Assembly (NCBI GenBank): GCA_963845425.1
Contig: CAWJSC010000002.1
Coordinates: 193,716 to 257,715 of the forward strand
Direction of reading: 5' to 3'
Length of the DNA: 64,000 nucleotides
Source of the DNA: an uncultured Microthrixaceae bacterium
GTDB lineage: Bacteria > Actinomycetota > Acidimicrobiia > Acidimicrobiales > DATDAH01
Positions within the stretch are counted from its first letter, which is position 1. Each line of letters opens with the position of its first letter. Of this stretch, positions 10,723 to 18,727 are shown one piece after another. The notes beneath the pieces were generated by a model. It worked only from the letters and a program-made list of their open reading frames with translations, was not told where the DNA came from and searched no databases. Made by a program: the position numbers and the translations under genes.

Positions 10723-11586
10723 ATGCGACGCATCGTGGTGGGTACGGATGAGTCCGAAGGCGCCGGCGGCGCCCTGACCTGGGCGGCGGACGAGGCCGAG
10801 CGCCATGGCGCCGAGCTGGTGGCCGTCCTGGCCTGGGGCTATCTCGACCAACACCGGGCCACACCGGACACCGACTTCGACCGGGAGTACGACGAGACCG
10901 CCGCCGCCGGCGCACTCGACGCCATCGTCGAGCGCGTCCTCGGCCCGGACCGGGCGAGCACCGTGATCCGACGGGCCGTCAACGACCTGGCCCCCCAGGC
11001 CCTCGTCGACGCGGCCGGAGACGCCGACCTCCTCGTCGTCGGCGCGCGCGGCCTCGGAGTGCTGCGCGGCGCTCTCGTCGGCTCGGTCAGCCAGTACTGC
11101 CTCCACCACGCACCCTGCGCCGTCGCCATCGTGCGGGAGACCGACGCCCCGTCCTCACCCCCGCGGGTCGTGGTCGGCGTAGACGGCTCCGAGTCCGCCC
11201 GTCAGGCCCTGGCCTGGGCCCTGGACGAAGGTCGCGCCCGTCAGGCCGAGGTCGAGGTGGTCAACGCCTGGCACCCGCCCTACGTCGGCGCCTACCCCTA
11301 CGACCCCGCCGCATTGGACCTCGACCTGTTCGAGCAGGGGGCCCGGGACCTGGTCGCCGGGGCGCTCGACGGCCAGGACCTCGACGGACTCCCGTCGGCC
11401 CCGAAGGTCACGATCGTGTCCGACACCGCCGCCCAAGCCGTCATCGGGGCGGCCGCCGGGGCCGACCTCGTCGTGATCGGCTCCCGGGGCCGGGGCGGCT
11501 TCATCGGCCTCCTGCTCGGTTCGGTCAGCCAGCAGGTGGCCCACCACGCCCCCTGTCCCGTCGTCGTCGTCCCCGCGGCGACCTGA
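10723..11586 (+). CDS. Tandem universal stress protein (two UspA domains)
   Basis: Starts MRRIVVGTDESEGAGGAL. Two repeats each end in the USP ATP-binding motif (GARGLGVLRGALVGSVSQYCLHHAPCAVAIV; GSRGRGGFIGLLLGSVSQQVAHHAPCPVVVV). Confidence 0.9.
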   Translation: MRRIVVGTDESEGAGGALTWAADEAERHGAELVAVLAWGYLDQHRATPDTDFDREYDETAAAGALDAIVERVLGPDRASTVIRRAVNDLAPQALVDAAGDADLLVVGARGLGVLRGALVGSVSQYCLHHAPCAVAIVRETDAPSSPPRVVVGVDGSESARQALAWALDEGRARQAEVEVVNAWHPPYVGAYPYDPAALDLDLFEQGARDLVAGALDGQDLDGLPSAPKVTIVSDTAAQAVIGAAAGADLVVIGSRGRGGFIGLLLGSVSQQVAHHAPCPVVVVPAAT

Positions 11587-11598
11587 GCCGCCGGTCCC

Positions 11599-12012
11599 AT
11601 GCCCCTCCGCCCCCTCGCCCGAGGTGCCCTCGTCACGGTCAGCCCGTCGAGCACCCTGGCCGAGGTGGCCCGGCTGATGGACACCCGCGGCGTGGACGTG
11701 GCGGTCGTGGCCGAACGGAAGCGCCCCGTCGGGGTGGTGACGACCCACGACATCGTGGTGCGCGGCGTGGCCCACCGCTTCCCCGCCGACGCCCGGATCG
11801 ACACGGTGATGACCGACGAGGTGATCACCCTGCCCAGCGGCGCCGATCGGCGGGAGGCGGCCCACGCCCTCCGCGATCACGGCGTGGCCCACCTGGTGCT
11901 GATGGATGGCGGCGTGCCGGTCGCCGTGCTCACCCGGGAGGACCTCGTCGTCGAGCTGGCCGCCGAGCTGGCCGGGGTCACCAGGACCACCGACCCCCCC
12001 TCACTCGGGTAG
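11599..12012 (+). CDS. CBS domain pair protein
   Basis: 137 aa: LVTVSPSSTLAEVARLMDTRGVDVAVV...VGVVTTHDIVVRG...VMTDEVITLPSGADRREAAHALRDHGVAHLVLMD...VLTREDLV, i.e. two CBS motifs. Confidence 0.85.
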   Translation: MPLRPLARGALVTVSPSSTLAEVARLMDTRGVDVAVVAERKRPVGVVTTHDIVVRGVAHRFPADARIDTVMTDEVITLPSGADRREAAHALRDHGVAHLVLMDGGVPVAVLTREDLVVELAAELAGVTRTTDPPSLG

Positions 12013-12018
12013 CGAACG

Positions 12019-12032
12019 GGGACCTTCGGCCC
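12019..12032. promoter_or_regulatory. DosR-box-like palindrome (degenerate) upstream of the Zn-finger-USP gene
   Basis: GGGACC-TT-CGGCCC. It lies 28 bp upstream of ATG 12060. Confidence 0.4.
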
Positions 12033-12059
12033 TAGGGCGGCGGCGCCGTCGCCCCGAGG

Positions 12060-12986
12060 ATGTCCCGTATGCAGCCGGATGCCATCCACCTCTGCCCGCA
12101 CTGCGAGCTCCGGTATCCCACGGTGGCCGAGTGGCGGGACCACGTCGAGCACGCCCACGCTCCGGTCGACATCCCGCCGCGGCCTTCCACGCCGACCGGC
12201 CGGCTCGTGGTCGCTCTCGACCCGGCCCGGGCCGCAGGATCTGAGGCTGCCGTCGCCGCCGCCGTCGCCCATCAGACCGGCCAGACCCTGGACCTCGTCG
12301 CGGTGGCCGCGCCGGGCCTCGGTCGCGGGCCGGCCGACGCCTTCCTCCGGGCCCGGGTGCACGAGAGCCGCCTCGCCGGGGTCGGCACCATCGCCTGGAG
12401 CGTGCTGGAGGACGGCAAGCCCGCCGACCTCCTGATCGACCACGTGGCCCAGGATCCGGCGACGATCATCTGCCTCGGCACCCGGGCCCGGGGCCCGGTC
12501 CGGGAGCTCCTGCTCGGCAGCGTGAGCGGTGCCGTGCTCCGCCGTACGCCGGTCCCCGTCCTGCTCATCGGGCCGCGCTGTCTCCCCCCGGACACGGGCT
12601 TCCACCGGGTGGTGGCCTGCGTCGACGGGTCCGAGCGGGGTGAGGCGGTCCGCGAGGTCGCCGACCGGCTCGCCCACCTGGCGGGCCTCCGCGCCGATGA
12701 GTTCCGGGCCGCTCGGGCGCCGTGGGTCGAGGACGACGGTGAGCTCCTGGCCCCCGCCCCCAGCCTCGGCGGGGAGGCGGCCGCCGAAGCCGTGCTGGCG
12801 GTCCTCGGGGGTGACCCGGGCACCGTCGCCGTCATGGCCACCGAAGGACGTCGCGGGATGGACCGGCTGCTGTTCGAGAGCGTGGCCCTCGACGTCGTGC
12901 GCGAGGCCCGGGGCCCGGTTCTGGTGCTCCCCCCGAGCCTGGCCGCGACCCATCCGGAACCGCCGCCCTTGGTCACGATCGACTGA
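12060..12986 (+). CDS. C2H2-type zinc-finger / tandem universal stress protein fusion
   Basis: 308 aa. The N-terminus CPHCELRYPTVAEWRDHVEHAH fits C-x2-C-x12-H-x(2/4)-H. Two USP-like halves follow (GTRARGPVRELLLGSVSGAVLRRTPVPVLLI; TEGRRGMDRLLFESVALDVVREARGPVLVL). Confidence 0.8.
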   Translation: MSRMQPDAIHLCPHCELRYPTVAEWRDHVEHAHAPVDIPPRPSTPTGRLVVALDPARAAGSEAAVAAAVAHQTGQTLDLVAVAAPGLGRGPADAFLRARVHESRLAGVGTIAWSVLEDGKPADLLIDHVAQDPATIICLGTRARGPVRELLLGSVSGAVLRRTPVPVLLIGPRCLPPDTGFHRVVACVDGSERGEAVREVADRLAHLAGLRADEFRAARAPWVEDDGELLAPAPSLGGEAAAEAVLAVLGGDPGTVAVMATEGRRGMDRLLFESVALDVVREARGPVLVLPPSLAATHPEPPPLVTID

Positions 12987-13005
12987 GCAGGCCCAGACTG
13001 GGCCC

Positions 13006-14433
13006 GTGGACCTCGACCTGGAACTCGCCATCGCCACGGTCGACCGGATCTGGGACGAAAGTGCTCTGCCCGCCCTCGTCGACTACATCCGGATCCCGGC
13101 CAAGTCCCCGGCCTTCGACGCGGACTGGGCGGCCCACGGCCACCTGGCGGAGGCCGTCGACCTGGTCGCCGGCTGGAGCCGGTCCCGCGACCTGCCCGGG
13201 GCCACCGTCGAGGTCGTCGAGCTGGCCGGGCGCACACCGGTCGTGCTCGTCGAGGTGCCGGCCCACGGGGCCGGCGACCCGAACGACACCGTGCTGTTCT
13301 ACGGCCACCTGGACAAGCAGCCCGAGCTGACCGGGTGGCGGGAGGGGCTCGGCCCCTGGACGCCGGTGCTGGAGGACGACCGGCTCTACGGCCGGGGTGG
13401 GGCCGACGACGGCTACAGCGCCTTCGCCGCCCTGAGCGCCCTCGAGGCGGTGCGGGCCGCGGGGGGCTCCCACAGCCGCTGCCTGGTGCTGATCGAGGCC
13501 AGCGAGGAGAGCGGCAGCCCCGACCTGCCGGCCCATGTCGCCGCGCTGGGCGACCGGCTCGGCGCGGTGAGCCTGGTGATCTGCCTCGACAGCTTCGCCG
13601 GGGACTACGAGACCCTCTGGGTCACGACGTCCCTCCGCGGCCTGGTCGGCCTGGACGTGCGGGTCCGGGTGCTGGAGGAGGGCGTGCACTCCGGCGTGGC
13701 CGGCGGCGCGGTCCCCTCCAGCTTCCGGGTGCTGCGCCAACTGCTGGACCGCATCGAGGACAGCGAGACCGGCGACCTGCTCGTGCCCGAGCTCTACGCC
13801 GAGATCCCCGAGGAGCGGCGGCGGGAGGCTCAGGCCGCCGTGGCTGCGGGCCTCGATCCCCTGGCCGGCCTGCCCTTCGCCGGCAGGACCCGCCCGGAGG
13901 GCGAGGACCCCGTCGAGCTCCTCCTGGCGACCACCTGGTTGCCCGCCATGGCCGTGGTCGGCATCGAGGGCGCTCCCCCGCTCGACGACGCCGGCAACGT
14001 CCTGCGGGCGGAGACCGCGGTCAAGCTCTCCTTCCGCCTCCCGCCGACCGCGGACGCCGACACCGCGTCGGCCGCGCTGCGGCTCCGCCTCACCGAGGAC
14101 CCGCCGTCGGGCGCCGTGATCGAGATCAGCGGGGACGAGTCGGCCACGGGTTGGGCCGCGGCCCCGACCGCCCCCTGGTTGGCCGACGCCCTCGCCGACT
14201 CGGCCGGGGCCACGTTCGGGCACCCGGCGCTCTACACCGGTGTGGGGGGTGCCATCCCCTTCATCAACATGCTCGGGGAGCGTTTCCCCGACGCCCAGTT
14301 CGTGGTCACCGGCGTCCTCGGCCCCGGCTCCAACGCCCACGGCCCCAACGAGTTCCTCGACGTGCCGACCGCCCGCCGCCTCGCCGCCTGCATGGCCCAC
14401 ATCCTCGACGCCCACACCCGCCGTCCCGCGTAG
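13006..14433 (+). CDS. M20 family metallopeptidase (dipeptidase-like)
   Basis: GTG 13006 inside track ORF 12529..14433; upstream codons overlap the previous gene out of frame. Motifs: LFYGHLDKQP, GRGGADDGYS, EASEESGSPDL, and C-terminal GGAIPF...GPGSNAHGPNEF. Confidence 0.85.
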   Translation: MDLDLELAIATVDRIWDESALPALVDYIRIPAKSPAFDADWAAHGHLAEAVDLVAGWSRSRDLPGATVEVVELAGRTPVVLVEVPAHGAGDPNDTVLFYGHLDKQPELTGWREGLGPWTPVLEDDRLYGRGGADDGYSAFAALSALEAVRAAGGSHSRCLVLIEASEESGSPDLPAHVAALGDRLGAVSLVICLDSFAGDYETLWVTTSLRGLVGLDVRVRVLEEGVHSGVAGGAVPSSFRVLRQLLDRIEDSETGDLLVPELYAEIPEERRREAQAAVAAGLDPLAGLPFAGRTRPEGEDPVELLLATTWLPAMAVVGIEGAPPLDDAGNVLRAETAVKLSFRLPPTADADTASAALRLRLTEDPPSGAVIEISGDESATGWAAAPTAPWLADALADSAGATFGHPALYTGVGGAIPFINMLGERFPDAQFVVTGVLGPGSNAHGPNEFLDVPTARRLAACMAHILDAHTRRPA

Positions 14434-14476
14434 GCCCTCGGCCACCGAGACGAGCACTGCGGGTCCAGGGAGCAGA

Positions 14477-14519
14477 CCGTCCGGGCGGGCCGCAGCGCAG
14501 CGAGGACCAGCCCGGACGG
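14477..14519. terminator. Possible terminator hairpin between convergent genes
   Basis: CCGTCCGGGC (14477-14486) and GCCCGGACGG (14510-14519) form a 10-bp perfect inverted repeat with a 23-nt loop, between the stops at 14433 (+) and 14540 (-). Confidence 0.35.
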
Positions 14520-14539
14520 AACCAGCAAGGGGCGCGCCG

Positions 14540-15514
14540 TCAGGCGCCCGTCGCGGTCCCCACCGGCGCAGCCGGTGCGTCGACGTAGAACTGGCTGAAC
14601 CAACGGCGGAACTCGAGGATGGGGGCCTCGCCGGGGGCGAGCTGGGGGCGGGGGACGTAGCGCTTGCGCTCCCAGATGGGGATGTCCTGGACGACCTCCC
14701 GGCTGACCGACGACACGAAGGCCTCCGCCACCCGGGCGGCCCGCTCGTCGTCGGGGTCCTTCAGGTAGAAGTGGAACCAGAGCTGGGTGTGGCCCTCGTC
14801 GATCGGGGTCGACGCCCCCAGCAGGGCAGCGGTGATGGGGCCCTGATAGCGGGTGACGGCGAAGCCGGGGCCGCGCCCGAAGACGTCGATGCGGCCCGGG
14901 CGGGGCTCGCCCGACTTGGACGGGAACTCCTGACGGGAGCGCATGACCCGCTCGTAGCCGTCGAGGCTGACCTCCTCGATGACCCCCGCCTGCGGATGGG
15001 AGTGCACCGCTTCGAAGTGGCCGGCGTCGTAGCCGTTCTCGGCCATCTCCTGCAGGCAGGTGGCCACCTCGTAGGTGTGGGTCGAGTGCAGGGCGTAGGC
15101 CGGGTCCCCGACCTCCTCCACCTCGTACACGTCATAGAGCGGGGCCTGCCCGGGGTCCGGGTGGTACCAGGCGTAGACCAGGCCGTTGGCCTCGGTGATC
15201 GGGAAGGCCCGCAGGCGGGCCTTGGGGTTGGGGCGGTCGGCGTAGGGGATGGCGACGTTGGCGCCGTCCCCGTCCCAGGTCCAGCCGTGGAAGGGGCAGC
15301 GCAGGCAACCGTCGTCGAGGACGCCGTCGCCGAGGTGGGCGCCGAGGTGGGGGCAGTAGGCCTCGTGGCCGTGGAGGGTGCCGTCGCCGTCACGCCAGAG
15401 GACCAGCTCGGTGCCGAAGTAGCGCCGGGTGGCGATCTCCCCCGCCGGGATCTCCGCGGGCTCGGCGACCTTGAACCATCCGTAGGGGACGGGGAACGGA
15501 AAGCGGTCGCTCAT
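14540..15514 (-). CDS. Rieske [2Fe-2S] aromatic-ring/steroid-type oxygenase, alpha subunit (KshA-like)
   Basis: Rieske ligands CPHLGAHL...CPFHGWTW. The C-terminal catalytic domain has ENGYDAGHFEAVH (mononuclear Fe His pair). ATG at 15514 is preferred over the track's TTG at 15523. Confidence 0.85.
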   Translation of the reverse strand: MSDRFPFPVPYGWFKVAEPAEIPAGEIATRRYFGTELVLWRDGDGTLHGHEAYCPHLGAHLGDGVLDDGCLRCPFHGWTWDGDGANVAIPYADRPNPKARLRAFPITEANGLVYAWYHPDPGQAPLYDVYEVEEVGDPAYALHSTHTYEVATCLQEMAENGYDAGHFEAVHSHPQAGVIEEVSLDGYERVMRSRQEFPSKSGEPRPGRIDVFGRGPGFAVTRYQGPITAALLGASTPIDEGHTQLWFHFYLKDPDDERAARVAEAFVSSVSREVVQDIPIWERKRYVPRPQLAPGEAPILEFRRWFSQFYVDAPAAPVGTATGA

Positions 15515-15526
15515 GACGTTCAATCT

Positions 15527-15539
15527 ACTGAGTCTCAGT
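15527..15539. promoter_or_regulatory. Perfect 6-1-6 palindrome just upstream of the Rieske oxygenase start
   Basis: ACTGAG-T-CTCAGT sits in a locally AT-richer spacer between the CBS stop (15565) and the Rieske start (15514). Confidence 0.3.
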
Positions 15540-15564
15540 TCAGTGCCCTGACCGGCGTGCGGAC

Positions 15565-15960
15565 TCAGGCGGCGCGGTGGGCCGACAGCACGTCCCGGAT
15601 CGAGATCACGCCGAGCGAGTGCTCGCCGTCGGAGACCAGGAGATGACGGATCTCGCCGTCCAGCATCCGCTGGGCGGCCTCGCCGATGAGCTCGTGGGGG
15701 TCGATGGCCACCAACTCGAAGGTCATCACGTCCTCGACCCGGTCGTCGTCGACGTCATGGCCGTCGGCCACCGCCCGGACCAGGTCCCGCTCGGACACCA
15801 AGCCGACCGCGGTGTCACTGCTGGTCACCAACGCCACCCCGACCTCTTCGCGCACGAGGACCTCGCTGAGCTCGCGGAGGGTCACGGTCGGGGCCACGGT
15901 GACGGGGCCACGGCGCACCAGGCGGGTGACCGGCTCATCGGGGCGGGCGGTGGACATCAT
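15565..15960 (-). CDS. CBS domain pair protein
   Basis: Last 131 codons of track ORF 15565..17022: MMSTARPDEPVTRLVRRGPVTVAPTVTLRELSEVLVREEVGVALV...GLVSERDLVRAV...VMTFELVAIDPHELIGEAAQRMLDGEIRHLLV...GVISIRDVL. Confidence 0.8.
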   Translation of the reverse strand: MMSTARPDEPVTRLVRRGPVTVAPTVTLRELSEVLVREEVGVALVTSSDTAVGLVSERDLVRAVADGHDVDDDRVEDVMTFELVAIDPHELIGEAAQRMLDGEIRHLLVSDGEHSLGVISIRDVLSAHRAA

Positions 15961-16046
15961 GGCGACTTCCTCTTCTGTCGGTGTGGCCTCATCGTGCTCG
16001 GGGCGCGGCACGTGCCCTAGGGCCGATGGTCCCGACATGCCGCCGT

Positions 16047-17165
16047 TCAGGGGGCGGGATCGAGGAGCTCCTTGAAGCCGTACCGGTGGTGGAGGCCGAA
16101 GGCGAGCTGCTCGAGGACACCGACGCCGACCTGGTCGCCGTGGCGGGCCCGGACGACCTGTTGGATGTGCTGGTTGTCGTAGGCCATCGGGTCGAGGTCC
16201 TCCTCGCGCCAGGACTCGCCGGCGATGGCCAGCTCGCCCTTCCACATGCCGTGGCCCCAGAACGGGTGGGTGTAGCCGATGCCCTTCATGCGGAAGCAGA
16301 TGAGGGGCTCGATGTCGATCTCCAGCCGGGAGCCGTCGTGATCCACGAGGGCCAGCCGGCCCTCCTTCATGCGCCGGGTGCCTGACTCGTAGACCAGCTC
16401 GTGGGTCGCGCCGGGGAGGATCTGCACGTCGGGGTCGACCACCGGCGGGGTCGTCCCGTCGTGGACGGGGACGACCATCGCATCGGTGTGCCACTGGCGG
16501 CCGTCGGGCTCCTCGAAGACGAGGAAGTGGGTACAACGGTCGTCCCAGTGGATCGGGGCCCACAGGAAGAAGATGCCCGTGAAGTTCGGGCTCGGGGCCC
16601 CGGGCGGCGCGGGGTCTCCGACCGGGCGCACGCCCCAGGAACGGTCCTTGGTGCCGGGCGTCGACGCCGCGTCCACCGTCAGGTGCTCGCCGCCGTAGGT
16701 GATCTCGCCGCCCCAGTGGCCGAACTGGGCGAAGCGGGTGGAGTCCAGGACGAGGCGGTCGTCCCGGACGAGGGTCTGGCGCCCCTCCTCCACCGCCGCG
16801 GTCCGGGGGGTGAAGGTGAGGTCGGCGGCGATGCCGGTTTCGTTGTCGTCCAGCACGAGCCGGGTGCGGCCCATGGGCTCCAGGATCTGCAGCTCGAAGG
16901 GCCCGACGGTCAGGTCGGTCGGCTCCAGCGGCATCCGCCGGGACCCGTGGAACGCGTGCTGCTCGCCCCCCCGGATGATGGAGAAGCCGCAGTCCAGGAT
17001 CCCCAGGTTGGGGTAGCGGCACAGGGCGATGCCGAAGTAGAAGTCGCCCTCCCGGTCGTAGCCGTTGAACCAGTACCGGTCGTAGCTGTGGCGGTCGCTG
17101 GTGTTCGGGATGGCCAGCGGCAGGACCGTCTGGTGCACCGGATAGTCGTCGAGCTTCGAGAGCAT
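16047..17165 (-). CDS. Conserved hypothetical protein (372 aa), function unknown
   Basis: Track ORF 16047..17342 trimmed to ATG 17165 (MLSKLDDYPVHQTVLPLA...). Clean coding composition, W/Y/H-rich, predicted soluble. The DRSWGVRP segment is reminiscent of AttH/CrtC-type beta-barrel proteins; this is an impression only. Confidence 0.7.
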   Translation of the reverse strand: MLSKLDDYPVHQTVLPLAIPNTSDRHSYDRYWFNGYDREGDFYFGIALCRYPNLGILDCGFSIIRGGEQHAFHGSRRMPLEPTDLTVGPFELQILEPMGRTRLVLDDNETGIAADLTFTPRTAAVEEGRQTLVRDDRLVLDSTRFAQFGHWGGEITYGGEHLTVDAASTPGTKDRSWGVRPVGDPAPPGAPSPNFTGIFFLWAPIHWDDRCTHFLVFEEPDGRQWHTDAMVVPVHDGTTPPVVDPDVQILPGATHELVYESGTRRMKEGRLALVDHDGSRLEIDIEPLICFRMKGIGYTHPFWGHGMWKGELAIAGESWREEDLDPMAYDNQHIQQVVRARHGDQVGVGVLEQLAFGLHHRYGFKELLDPAP

Positions 17166-17211
17166 GGCCCCATCTTGACCGCCCCGGGCGGCGCCCGGTG
17201 ACGGCGAGCGG

Positions 17212-17538
17212 TCACCCGAAGTGCAACACGACGGTCTGGGCGACGATCTTGCCGTCGCGGACCACGAAGGTGTCGGTGCCCAGGGGGATGCCCTCCGCCT
17301 TCCAGGTGACGAAGGCGATCTCGCCGTCGACGTGCTCGACACCGAACTCGACGTCCGGCATCTTCCCGGCGCTCATGGCGAAGACGCCCCGGATGGCCTC
17401 GAGGCCCTTCGCGACCCCGCCCAGGTTGCTGATGAAGACGGAGTCCTCGGTGTAGTCCTCCATGATCCCGTCCACGTCGCCGGCCTCGAGCGTCGCGTTG
17501 TGGTGGTCGAGAACGGCCTTGGTCTCGTCGGTGGGCAT
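17212..17538 (-). CDS. SnoaL/NTF2-like fold protein
   Basis: 108 aa, AGGAGA RBS upstream. Sequence: LDHHNATLEAGDVDGIMEDYTEDSVFISNLGGVAKGLEAIRGVF...FVVRDGKIVAQTVVLHF, typical of SnoaL-like small proteins. Confidence 0.8.
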   Translation of the reverse strand: MPTDETKAVLDHHNATLEAGDVDGIMEDYTEDSVFISNLGGVAKGLEAIRGVFAMSAGKMPDVEFGVEHVDGEIAFVTWKAEGIPLGTDTFVVRDGKIVAQTVVLHFG

Positions 17539-17588
17539 TGGTGTCTCCTGTCGTGGCGAAGTCGGGACTGTCTAGCCGACGCCGGCGG

Positions 17589-18686
17589 TCAGCGGGCGCG
17601 GCGGATCGCTTCGGCGACGTCGTGGGCGAGACGACTGAGGGCCGCCTTGTGGGTGCGATTCATCAACAGGAGGATGCCGAGGCCGGCCTCGGGGTAGAGG
17701 CGGGTCTCGGTGGCGAACCCCGGTCCGCCGCCCTCGTGGTTCCAGAAGCGCACGCCGTCGACCTCGCCCGCCTTCCAGCCGAAGCCCGTGCCGACGGTGG
17801 AGGCGATCCCGGCCGCGCCCTCGGCCTGCACGGTCAGCATCTCGTGGCGCGCGGCGTGTGGCAGCACGCCGTCGTCGGCGCCCAGGAACTCCTGCAGGAA
17901 GGGAAGGAAGTCGCCGACGGCGCCGACCAGGCCGCCGATGGCGGCCGAGTCGAGGCTGAACTCGTTCAGGCCCACCAGGCCGTCGACGGGCCGCTGGGTC
18001 AGGCGCCCCCGGGTCCCCGGGAACAGCAGCGGCAGGGCCGGGCGCATCGGGTCCCAGCGGCCGAGGTAGCCGGTCGCGGCCCGGGCCCGCTGGGCCTCCG
18101 AGTACGAGAAGCGGGCGTCGGACCCGAGCGGCTCCAGCAGCGCGCCGGTGACGAAGGCCTCGTAGGGCTGGCCGGACACGACCGAGACGACCTCACCGAG
18201 CAGGGCGAAGTTGACGTTGCGGTACGCGACCTCGATGCCCGGCGGCTTGCCCTTGTCGAGGCGGTAGCGGGCCAGGGCCGCGGCCGTCGTCGGGGCCGGG
18301 TCGCCCGGGAAGTGGATGGCGACGAACGCCTTGAGGGTGTCGGGCAGACCGGAGGTGTGGGTCAGCAACTGGCGGATCGTCACCGGGTGGGCGAGGCCGA
18401 GGCCGTCCAGGTGCCGGTCCAGTGGGTCGTCGAAGCCCAGGCGGCCCTGCTCGGCCAGGAGCACCACGGCGGCGGCGGTGTACAGCTTGGTGGCGGAGAA
18501 GAGGTGGAAGACGGTCTCGGTCCCCACCGCCTGGTCAGCGGCCACGTCGGCCCGGCCGAAGGTGGCGGTCGACACGGCACCCGCGCCGTCGACCACGGCC
18601 AGCGCGGCCCCGGGCACACCGGCCCGCTCGAGCTCGGCCCCGAGGAGCGCCTGCAGGTCGGCCGCCAGCGGCTCCCCGTCACCCAT
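17589..18686 (-). CDS. Serine hydrolase, beta-lactamase/PBP4* family
   Basis: Track ORF 17589..18950 trimmed to ATG 18686. Has the SxxK motif (LFSATKLYTA), a YxN motif (AYRNVNF), and HEGGGPGF near the C-terminus. Confidence 0.85.
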   Translation of the reverse strand: MGDGEPLAADLQALLGAELERAGVPGAALAVVDGAGAVSTATFGRADVAADQAVGTETVFHLFSATKLYTAAAVVLLAEQGRLGFDDPLDRHLDGLGLAHPVTIRQLLTHTSGLPDTLKAFVAIHFPGDPAPTTAAALARYRLDKGKPPGIEVAYRNVNFALLGEVVSVVSGQPYEAFVTGALLEPLGSDARFSYSEAQRARAATGYLGRWDPMRPALPLLFPGTRGRLTQRPVDGLVGLNEFSLDSAAIGGLVGAVGDFLPFLQEFLGADDGVLPHAARHEMLTVQAEGAAGIASTVGTGFGWKAGEVDGVRFWNHEGGGPGFATETRLYPEAGLGILLLMNRTHKAALSRLAHDVAEAIRRAR

Positions 18687-18727
18687 GAGGCCGGGAACGT
18701 ACCCGATCGCCTCGGGGCACGGATCGC

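Noticed and set aside
9949-11109. N-terminal 387 codons of track ORF 9292..11109 (-)
   Set aside because: Only the last 218 codons form a response regulator. The upstream part is antisense to the orphan and USP genes and is compositionally junk.
11877-14457. Minus-strand ORFs 11877..13037 (386 aa), 12272..13237 and 12973..14457 (494 aa)
   Set aside because: They are antisense shadows of the Zn-finger-USP and M20 peptidase genes, with no motifs and R/G/P/A-rich composition.
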